Source of the DNA: an uncultured bacterium | GTDB taxonomy: Bacteria > Bipolaricaulota > Bipolaricaulia > UBA7950 > UBA9294 | Assembly: GCA_965602415.1 (NCBI GenBank) | Contig: CBFCYU010000001.1 | Location: forward strand, 1-44,926 | Direction: 5' to 3' | Length of the DNA stretch: 44,926 nucleotides | Shown: positions 18,293 to 25,554 of the stretch, piece by piece | Layout of the letters: every line of letters begins with the position of its first letter | Position numbering within the stretch: the stretch's first letter is position 1 | Notes under the pieces: generated by a model | Seen by the model: only the letters and a program-made list of their open reading frames with translations | Database searches by the model: none | Told to the model about the DNA's origin: nothing | Program-made: the position numbers and the translations under genes

Positions 18293-19281
18293 AGGCACTC
18301 ATCCCCGTTTCAATCGCACTCGCTCCGATCACGGCACTTGGCTGTTCCGCGTACGCTCGCTTGATGAGGCGACGCAAGGTCGGTCAGCAGATCCGAGAAC
18401 TGGGACCCCAGGGGCACGAAGCGAAGGCCGGCACACCGACCATGGGCGGGTTGTTCGTCCTGTCCGCGTGGGCGATCGGCGTCCTCTGCCTTTGGCCGAC
18501 CGTCGCGTGGGCCCGTCCGATTGGATTCGTCCTCGCCGCCGGGGCGACGCACGGCGCCATCGGGCTGCTCGACGATTTGCGGTCTGTGCAACGTCACCGA
18601 TCGCTGGGGCTGACCGCCCCGCGTAAGCTTCTGCTGGGCAGCCTCGCCGCGGTCGCCCTGTTCTTCGTGTTCCGCGACGTGGTCTCCATTCCACAGCGGA
18701 TTCCCTTCTCGACAAGCACCGTCACGCTGCCGCCGATCGCGACGTTTGCCCTCGTCTGGGTGAGCCTCCTCGCGACAACGAACAGCGTGAACCTGGCCGA
18801 CGGCCTCGACGGACTGGCGGGGGGACTGGCGGTTCTCATCCTGATCGGACTTCTCGTCCTGTCGCCGTCGCGAACGGTGCTCGTCACCATTCTTCCCCTA
18901 CTCGGCGCGTTGCTCGGATTCCTGTGGGTGAACGTTCATCCCGCGGGACTCTTCCTCGGTGATGTTGGGTCCTTCGGCCTGGGAGGGATCGTCGCTGCTG
19001 TCTCGCTCTGTACGGGGACGATCTTCTTCCTTCCACTCGTGGCAGGGGTCCTCGTGCTCGAGGCCGTGTCGGTGATTCTGCAGGTCACGTCGTGCAGGAT
19101 CACCGGGGTACGGTTGTTCAAAATGAGCCCATTCCACCACCACTTCGAGGAATCGACCCACGCACGGACTGCACATGTCCTCCCCGGATTCGAATGGCCC
19201 GAGACGAAGGTCACCCTCCGCTTCTGGCTCGTACAGGCCCTGTTCGTCGGCCTCGCTGTCTGGGCTGGGCATGGGGTGTAG
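18289..19281 (+). CDS. mraY: Phospho-N-acetylmuramoyl-pentapeptide transferase
   Basis: GQQIRELGPQGHEAKAGTPTMGG, NSVNLADGLDGLA, FLGDVGSFGLGG, FKMSPFHHHFE, multi-TM. GTG at 18289 preferred to GTG at 18256, which would overlap the upstream gene by 37 nt. Confidence 0.9.
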   Translation: MKALIPVSIALAPITALGCSAYARLMRRRKVGQQIRELGPQGHEAKAGTPTMGGLFVLSAWAIGVLCLWPTVAWARPIGFVLAAGATHGAIGLLDDLRSVQRHRSLGLTAPRKLLLGSLAAVALFFVFRDVVSIPQRIPFSTSTVTLPPIATFALVWVSLLATTNSVNLADGLDGLAGGLAVLILIGLLVLSPSRTVLVTILPLLGALLGFLWVNVHPAGLFLGDVGSFGLGGIVAAVSLCTGTIFFLPLVAGVLVLEAVSVILQVTSCRITGVRLFKMSPFHHHFEESTHARTAHVLPGFEWPETKVTLRFWLVQALFVGLAVWAGHGV

Positions 19282-19382
19282 AAGCGACCCGCCCATCCGC
19301 TGGGATCATGATCGCATCGGTGCACGTCTCACGAAGCCGCAGAACGGAAGGAGATGGACGAGGTCCTGACTGAATCGGGTTC

Positions 19383-19468
<86 letters not shown>

Positions 19469-19602
19469 CCGTCTCTTGTGGGAGTTTAGGAGGCTTCCAT
19501 CGGGGTGTCAAGACGGGCTCTGCCGCCTCGAATCTTCCGAACATCGGAGAGCCGCCGCCCAATCCTCCCGGAAGAACCGGATCGCCGAACGGCGCAGAAG
19601 AC

Positions 19603-19631
19603 TTGGCTTCGGGTGTGATATCGATTACAAT
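19603..19631 (+). promoter_or_regulatory. Sigma-70-like promoter TTGGCT-N17-TACAAT upstream of the crp/fnr-type gene
   Basis: AT-rich island in a GC-rich intergenic region, about 100 nt upstream of the ATG at 19731. Confidence 0.45.
19614..19629. promoter_or_regulatory. CRP-type palindrome TGTGA-N6-TTACA overlapping the promoter spacer and -10
   Basis: TGTGATATCGATTACA matches 9 of 10 positions of the TGTGA-N6-TCACA consensus and lies directly upstream of a Crp/Fnr-family gene. Confidence 0.4.
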
Positions 19632-19730
19632 GCAGGACGCTTGACCCCATCCGATGGGTGATGTGAGGTCAAGGCAAAGAGGGGCAGGCGTGACGGGCTT
19701 CATACGGGACAACCGCCAGAGGGGGGTGGC

Positions 19731-20405
19731 ATGGCCGATCTCAGTGATTTCCGCATCTTCTCGGGCTTGAAAGACAAAGAACTAGACAAACTTCGCGAAG
19801 CGATTCGTACAATCAACTACGGGCGGGGAGAGATCATCTTCCAGGAGGGTGCACCGGCGTTCGGCTTCTACCTGATCTTCGAAGGGATGGTCAAGCTCGT
19901 CAAACGAAGCATGCGAGCGAAGAGCCAGATCCTCAAGATCTCCGGTCCGGGTGAGATCCTCGGGGAGACGACCCTCTTCGACAAGGGGAGCCACAACGCG
20001 TACGCCAAGACCATCGATGTCGTCTCGGTCGGGTTCCTCGAGCGGGGCGACTTCTTCTACTTCCTCGAGCGCCACCCAAAGACCGTCTTCCGGCTGTACG
20101 AGAAGCTCTCCGAGGAGCTGAAGGCGTTCCAGAACAAGCTTGCCGAGCGCTCCTATTCGTCGAGCAAGGAACGGCTCGCGCGACTGATTCTTCACCTCGG
20201 CAGGAGCGGGGTCGAGCTGTCGCGGGCGGAGCTTGCCGAAATGGCCGGAGTCTCGTCCAAGACCGCAATACGGACGCTGAGCGAACTCGAGAGCCGAGGG
20301 ATCATCGCGATCGAAAGCCGCAAGATCAAGATCCTCCGCGAGGCCTACCTGCAGAAGATCGTCGAGCCGTTTCTCGCCAACCTTAACCCGAATCTGATCA
20401 TCTGA
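19731..20405 (+). CDS. Crp/Fnr family transcriptional regulator
   Basis: cNMP-binding beta-roll (IIFQEGAPAFGFYLIFEGMVKL...GEILGE) and C-terminal HTH (RAELAEMAGVSSKTAIRTLSELESRGII). Confidence 0.9.
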   Translation: MADLSDFRIFSGLKDKELDKLREAIRTINYGRGEIIFQEGAPAFGFYLIFEGMVKLVKRSMRAKSQILKISGPGEILGETTLFDKGSHNAYAKTIDVVSVGFLERGDFFYFLERHPKTVFRLYEKLSEELKAFQNKLAERSYSSSKERLARLILHLGRSGVELSRAELAEMAGVSSKTAIRTLSELESRGIIAIESRKIKILREAYLQKIVEPFLANLNPNLII

Positions 20406-20449
20406 CGGTCAGGGCCCTGAAGGAAGAAGGTCACGCACCCAGGTGATCG

Positions 20450-22396
20450 GTGTCCTTTGAGATCGTCCTATCGGTTCGTACCTTCGCACCAGGCAGGCGA
20501 CTTCACCGGCATTCTCTGAGCGGGTTCAAGGATGGGTGGCCATTGGCAAATGGGCTGAATCCGACGGAACGGACGATCCTCGTCGGGGTTTCGTCCATCG
20601 TCGCTCTCGTGATCAGTATCGTGCTCCACCGAACGGGAGTCCCTCCCGTCCCGCTGACGTTTCTCGTCTACGCCGTCTTCGCGTTCCCTCTCGTTTTTGG
20701 TGCCCAGGCCCTTCACCGACGCGGAGCTCTCTTCCTCTCCGGGGGGCTGTCGGCAATCGGCATCGCCCTCCTCCTCTTCTTCGGAATCCGTTCGCCCGTC
20801 TCGATTGCCCTGCTTCCGATTGTCTACCTTGGGATCGGTCTCGGGCTTGGTTGGCACAACGAGCGCCGGGGGGCGCGCCGCGCCATGTGGCATCCACCCA
20901 AGTCGCTGAAGGATCGTCGCGACGAAGAGCTCTTCGAGCCCGCGTTCAATATCCTTCACTTCGTCGATCGTGAGGGGACGGTCAAGCGTCGAAACGAGGC
21001 GTCTCGGACATCAATCGGCCACGTGACCAAGCAGACCCTCCCTCTCACCGACTACGTCCATCCGGGAGAGATCAACAAGGTGAAGGCCGAGTTGATCCGC
21101 CTGTTCGACCGTGGGGAGATCCGCGGAATCGAGACCCGATTCGTCGCCGAGGACAGGACGGCGTTCCCAGTCGAGATCCGAGGAACGCGCCTCGACGATC
21201 GGACGGCAGTCATCGAGGCACGGAACCGATCCAGGGAGGCGGAACTCGAACGCCAGCTGATGGAGACCGAGGCGCGCTACCGGCGCCTGATCGAGGAGGG
21301 CGTCGACACCCTTGATTCCGGGATTATCCTTACCGACCGGAAGCGCGAGGTCATTTGGGCCAACGCGACGATTGGGCGGTTCTTCGGGATCAACCGCGAC
21401 CGATTGATCGGTGTCGACGCGAAGCGCGCCCTGTCTCGCTACGTCGGCGCGTTCGAGAACGCGCAGTCTCTCGCCAAGGTGATCGAGGAGGCGGCCGACA
21501 CGGGCGAACGGATCGACTCGATAACGTGTCACGTCCGCCCCACCCTCGGGCGAGACGAGCGGATCCTCGAGTATCGGTCGATCCCGATCGAGACCGAGCG
21601 CTACAAAGGCGGCCGGATCGATCACTACATCGACATCACCGAGCTAAAGCAGTTGGAGGGCAGCCTGCGTGAGAAGTCGGAGAACCTGGAGCGGAGCAAC
21701 GAGAAGCTCGAGGAGTTCTCCCACGTCGTCTCCCACGATCTGAAGGAGCCGCTCCGCACGGTCGAGACGTTCAGCGGCTTCCTGTTGGAGGACTACGGAG
21801 ACAAGCTGGACAAGGACGGGGTCGACTACCTCCATACGCTGAGACGCACTTCGGCGAGGATGAGGCAGCTGATCAACGACCTTCTCTCCCTGTCGAGCAT
21901 CCACATGGACACGAAGTCGTTCGAGCGGATCAACACGCAACGGCTTCTTGACGAGATCCGAGAGGACCTGGAAGTCCGCCTCCACGGGGTCAACTTCCAG
22001 GTCTCCGACGGTCTTCCGCCGCTCAAGGGGAGCAAGGTCCGCATCACCGAGTTGTTCAGCAACCTCATCGTCAACGCAATCAAGTACAATGACAAGGCGC
22101 TCCCGATGGTCCGCATCGGGTGGCAGCCACAGGAGCCCTCCGCCAACGGGATGGCGACGTTCTTTGTGGAGGACAACGGAATCGGCATCGAGTCCCGTTA
22201 TCAGGAACGGATCTTCGGCATCTTCCAGAAACTGCATCCACGGGACGACTACGAAGGAACAGGGGCTGGCCTCGCGATCTGCAAGCGGATCGTCGAAGAG
22301 CACGGCGGGAAGATCTGGGTCAATTCGGAAGTTGGCAGAGGGAGTACGTTCTACTTTACCATTCCCAGAGCAAGAGAGGTGGAAACCAATGCATAG
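20450..22396 (+). CDS. Membrane PAS-domain sensor histidine kinase
   Basis: N-terminal TM helices, two PAS-like segments, H-box FSHVVSHDLKEPLR, N-box NLIVNAIKYN, G-boxes EDNGIGI and GTGAGLAICKRIVEEHGG. The exact start is uncertain. Confidence 0.88.
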   Translation: MSFEIVLSVRTFAPGRRLHRHSLSGFKDGWPLANGLNPTERTILVGVSSIVALVISIVLHRTGVPPVPLTFLVYAVFAFPLVFGAQALHRRGALFLSGGLSAIGIALLLFFGIRSPVSIALLPIVYLGIGLGLGWHNERRGARRAMWHPPKSLKDRRDEELFEPAFNILHFVDREGTVKRRNEASRTSIGHVTKQTLPLTDYVHPGEINKVKAELIRLFDRGEIRGIETRFVAEDRTAFPVEIRGTRLDDRTAVIEARNRSREAELERQLMETEARYRRLIEEGVDTLDSGIILTDRKREVIWANATIGRFFGINRDRLIGVDAKRALSRYVGAFENAQSLAKVIEEAADTGERIDSITCHVRPTLGRDERILEYRSIPIETERYKGGRIDHYIDITELKQLEGSLREKSENLERSNEKLEEFSHVVSHDLKEPLRTVETFSGFLLEDYGDKLDKDGVDYLHTLRRTSARMRQLINDLLSLSSIHMDTKSFERINTQRLLDEIREDLEVRLHGVNFQVSDGLPPLKGSKVRITELFSNLIVNAIKYNDKALPMVRIGWQPQEPSANGMATFFVEDNGIGIESRYQERIFGIFQKLHPRDDYEGTGAGLAICKRIVEEHGGKIWVNSEVGRGSTFYFTIPRAREVETNA

Positions 22397-22823
22397 CCTC
22401 GAGAAGATGAAGGTCTTGGTCGTTGAGGACAATCCCAACGACGTCACGATCATCAAGCGCGCAATGCGGAAGAGCGACGTGAAGTGTGATCTCTACTTCG
22501 CCCGAGACGGGGAAGAAGCGCTCGACGCGCTCGCCCAGAAGGGCGAGTTTGAAGACACCCCGCGTCCCGATCTCATCCTCCTGGACATCAACCTCCCGAA
22601 GATCAACGGACTGGAGGTCCTCGCCAAGATCAAGGGAGATGAACGCCTCCGCCGCATCCCGGTGATCGTGCTGACGATCTCCGAGCGAGAGGAGGACATG
22701 GTCAAGGCCTACGACAGCGGCGCCGCGAGCTACATGACCAAGCCGGTCGATTCCAAAGACTTCGAGCGCCTGATCCAGACGGTTCAGGACTACTGGAAGA
22801 TCGCTCGGATCGCTCCGAAGTAG
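22389..22823 (+). CDS. Stand-alone CheY-like response regulator receiver
   Basis: VLVVEDNPND, DLILLDINLPKING, VIVLTIS, YMTKP. The ATG overlaps the kinase stop by 8 nt. No output domain. Confidence 0.9.
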   Translation: MHSLEKMKVLVVEDNPNDVTIIKRAMRKSDVKCDLYFARDGEEALDALAQKGEFEDTPRPDLILLDINLPKINGLEVLAKIKGDERLRRIPVIVLTISEREEDMVKAYDSGAASYMTKPVDSKDFERLIQTVQDYWKIARIAPK

Positions 22824-23226
22824 TTCGCGCGCTCTGCGCAGCCGGAGCGCGAAGACTCCCGTTTCTTCGGAGTCCGCAGACATCCGTCTCTTCCGCACGG
22901 GAGGTACGTTCCCGGGCCGGGTTACGAGGGACAGTGGCTCAGGTCTCCGGTTCCACCGCGGGGTTGCCTCTCCCGGAGTACCCTCTTGGCGCTTTGGACA
23001 AGAGAGAAGCGCCCTAAGAGGTGCGTGCAAAGGGAGAGGGGACAAATCGATCGAAGCATCCACGTGGGGGAGTGAAGGCTTCCATCGTACCTCCTTACCA
23101 ACTTCCACACCGCAGCCGAGAGCGGAATGCGGTGATCCCCTCCGAAAGCACAGAGCCCTCTGAACTGGAGGCTGCCCGCCTGCGAACGAGCTAGAGAACG
23201 GGGAAACAGCCTACGGTTCTTACCCA

Positions 23227-23272
23227 GGGAAGGCGAACAAGGCAGCAGGTTCGCCTTCCCACCCCCTTTTTC
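23227..23272 (+). terminator. Strong hairpin followed by a T-run at the end of the 460-nt convergent gap
   Basis: 12-bp stem GGGAAGGCGAAC/GTTCGCCTTCCC (23227-23238 / 23249-23260), then ACCCCCTTTTTC. A second CCCCC/GGGGG hairpin abuts the stop of the minus-strand gene. Confidence 0.5.
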
Positions 23273-23282
23273 GGGGGGTTAC

Positions 23283-24026
23283 TCACGGCTCCGCGACGAA
23301 GTGCTCGTAGATCGTCGTTGCCGATCGGACCGCGTCCTCGACTTCGGCCTCGGACAGCTGACGGCCGCTCAGGCCGATCAGCCGTTCCATCGCCCCGGCG
23401 ATCTCCGTCGGGACGGCGAACGGCGGCGCAGTTCCTTCCGGATCCGCATAGAGGATCTCCCGAAGGTTCATGTTGATCCGCTCGACCTCCTCTTGGCTGA
23501 GAAGGGTTCGGAGCGAGAACGTCACGGCGAACGCCCACCGCTCGACTCCCTCTCCCATGCCGGCGAGGATCTCATCGAGTGCCGCTTCCATCAGGTCGTT
23601 CATCCGCTTGATCTCGGCGAAGAGTCCCTCGTCCCTCGCTGCGCTCAGGAGCTCATCGTCGACCTCGCCCGACTCGGCGATCGCGCGGAGCGATTCGGCA
23701 TACGTATCGCAGAATGAAGTCGACTCCATCCGCAGCCGGACCAAGCACGCGAGTCCTCCTGCCGTCGCGGACTCGGTCTGGACGACGTAGTCGACATGAA
23801 ACAAGGCCAGCTCGTAGGAGAATCGGGCGCACGAAGCCTCCAAGTCAGCGGGAGCCTCGACCGCCGTCCCCCTGAACAGGTACTCCCCATACGAACGATG
23901 GAGTACGTACAGCGGCGCGAATGCCGCGTAGGCGTCAGCGAACTGGGAGCCAAGGAGTGCCGGCGTCGCGCTGCATGCCACCGTCAGAGCACAGAGACCC
24001 GCCAATCCGATCATCAGGCTTCGCAT
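23283..24026 (-). CDS. Hypothetical lipoprotein
   Basis: The ATG at 24026 gives MRSLMIGLAGLCALTVAC (lipobox). The remainder is helical and acidic, with no family recognised. Confidence 0.65.
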   Translation of the reverse strand: MRSLMIGLAGLCALTVACSATPALLGSQFADAYAAFAPLYVLHRSYGEYLFRGTAVEAPADLEASCARFSYELALFHVDYVVQTESATAGGLACLVRLRMESTSFCDTYAESLRAIAESGEVDDELLSAARDEGLFAEIKRMNDLMEAALDEILAGMGEGVERWAFAVTFSLRTLLSQEEVERINMNLREILYADPEGTAPPFAVPTEIAGAMERLIGLSGRQLSEAEVEDAVRSATTIYEHFVAEP

Positions 24027-24185
24027 GATCCAAGCATACTGAAAACGGCTCGAACTCGTTGCATGCGTCCGCGCTGCCCGGTTCAAGGTGTTTGGCTGTC
24101 AGACACACTGACAGCATCAACGCGGATACGCTCGCTCTCTGTTGCCGTCAGCGCTTTCGCCGATTTCTGGAATCGACCTACTGGA

Positions 24186-24214
24186 TTGTAAAGCGCCGTA
24201 GATCTGTATAGAAT
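24186..24214 (+). promoter_or_regulatory. Sigma-70-like promoter TTGTAA-N17-TAGAAT for the BMP/ABC operon
   Basis: AT-rich island 70 nt upstream of the start at 24284. Confidence 0.45.
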
Positions 24215-24231
24215 GTTACAGTCATTACGGG

Positions 24232-24247
24232 CACCGGATATCCGGTG
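24232..24247. promoter_or_regulatory. Perfect 16-bp palindrome CACCGGATATCCGGTG between promoter and start codon
   Basis: Self-complementary over all 16 nt. Lies 18 nt downstream of the -10 and 37 nt before the start codon. Confidence 0.4.
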
Positions 24248-24283
24248 GGGAGCTGTGCAGCGTTGGAGCACTAGGAGGTACCG

Positions 24284-25453
24284 TTGAAAAGGCTGCTTGT
24301 GCTAGCTTGTGTGCTGGCCCTGGGCGTTTCTTTCATCGCCGTTGGGCAGATGAAGATCGCCATCGTGCTGGACGTCGGCGGACGAGGAGACCTCTCGTTC
24401 AACGACATGGGATTCGTTGGGGTAGACCGGGCGGTCGAGGAGTTCGGGCTGGAAATGGTCGAAGTGCAAAGCGCGACGGCCGTGGACTACTTGCCGAACC
24501 TCCGAAACCTCTCTCGAACGGAGAACTTCGATCTGATCATCGCCGTCGGGTTCCTCCTCGGTGATGCGCTGGCTACGGCCTCGGCCGAGTTCCCGGATCA
24601 GAAGTTCGCAATCATCGACGTTGACTGGATCACCGGGCCGAACATCATGAACATCGTCTTCCGTGAGAACGAGATGTCGGCGCTGATCGGGTGTCTCGCC
24701 GCGATGTCGGCGGCTGACCACGGCTATGCCGCGGCCGGCGTTGTCCTCGGGATCCCGATCCCGGTTCTGTATCACTTCGAGGCCGGATACCGCTACGGAA
24801 TGGACTGGGGGCTGAAGAAGTACGCCGTGCTGACCGGAACCGAAGTCAGCGTCACGATGCTCTACAACTACACCGGGACGTTCAGCGACATCGCCCTCGG
24901 CAAAGCGGCGTCGGAAGCGATGCTCGCGCAGGGCGCGATCGGGATCTACAACGTCGCCGGTCCGCTGGGCGTCGGAGACCACGAGGCCGTCGTGGAAGCC
25001 CACGACAATGCTGGAACGACCTACGGTCCTCCGTACTACTTCGGTGTCGATGCAAACCAGGACTGGATGGGCATGGGTATGCACGCCCTCGCCAGTGGGA
25101 TGAAGCGGGTCGATGTCGGGACCTACATGGCCGTCAAGGCCGTCGTTGACGGAACCTTCGTCGGCGGCGTAACGAGCCTCGGGCTCGCCGAGGGCGGCGT
25201 CGGGATCAGCGATCGCGGCGCGCTCATCGACTTCATCGAGTTCGGCGTCGACGCGGGTCAGATTACCGACACGCAAGAGGCCCGCAACTTCGTCATCGCC
25301 AACTGGACTGCGAACCGTCAGACGGTTGCGCAGTGGATCTGGGACGCGGTCGACGAGCTGGAGGCCGGGATCCTCGACGGCTCAATCATCGTGCCGACCT
25401 CCAACACCGACGCGGAGATCGGGGCGCTCCGCGACCTGTACCCGCTCGAGTAG
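24284..25453 (+). CDS. BMP-family (PnrA/Med-like) ABC transporter substrate-binding protein, probably nucleoside-binding
   Basis: Signal peptide and KIAIVLDVGGRGDLSFNDMGF typical of the basic membrane protein family. TTG start after the TAGGAGGT RBS. Confidence 0.88.
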   Translation: MKRLLVLACVLALGVSFIAVGQMKIAIVLDVGGRGDLSFNDMGFVGVDRAVEEFGLEMVEVQSATAVDYLPNLRNLSRTENFDLIIAVGFLLGDALATASAEFPDQKFAIIDVDWITGPNIMNIVFRENEMSALIGCLAAMSAADHGYAAAGVVLGIPIPVLYHFEAGYRYGMDWGLKKYAVLTGTEVSVTMLYNYTGTFSDIALGKAASEAMLAQGAIGIYNVAGPLGVGDHEAVVEAHDNAGTTYGPPYYFGVDANQDWMGMGMHALASGMKRVDVGTYMAVKAVVDGTFVGGVTSLGLAEGGVGISDRGALIDFIEFGVDAGQITDTQEARNFVIANWTANRQTVAQWIWDAVDELEAGILDGSIIVPTSNTDAEIGALRDLYPLE

Positions 25454-25477
25454 GTGTGAGACGGAAGTAGGTGTCGA

Positions 25478-25510
25478 GGGAGAGAGGAGTTGCTTCCTCT
25501 CTCCCTTTTT
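25478..25510 (+). terminator. Intrinsic terminator/attenuator after the binding-protein gene
   Basis: 11-bp stem GGGAGAGAGGA/TCCTCTCTCCC, 6-nt loop, then TTTTT. Confidence 0.7.
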
Positions 25511-25554
25511 CGTGACTCGAAGTGGGACCGAGAGCACTGGGTTGGGGGCCATCC

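Noticed and set aside
22922-23110. 62-aa minus-strand ORF, and a 23-codon ORF (ATG at 23084, MEAFTPPRGCFDRFVPSPFARTS) behind a TAAGGAGGT sequence
   Set aside because: The products have no protein-like features. The GGAGGTAC string is more simply explained as one strand of the long-range helix with GTACCTCC at 22900-22907. Not called as genes.
22824-23282. Identifying the gap RNA as RNase P RNA, tmRNA, SRP RNA, or a cobalamin or TPP riboswitch
   Set aside because: The minus strand has fragments resembling known motifs (ACTGTCC..AACCCGGC like the RNase P 3' region; GGAGACCTG and GCCACTGT like B12-box elements). The obligatory partners are missing or in the wrong order: GAGGAAAGTCCGG for RNase P, a tRNA-like acceptor/T-arm and tag ORF for tmRNA, and the B12 core architecture. 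No downstream gene exists for a riboswitch. The identity is left open.
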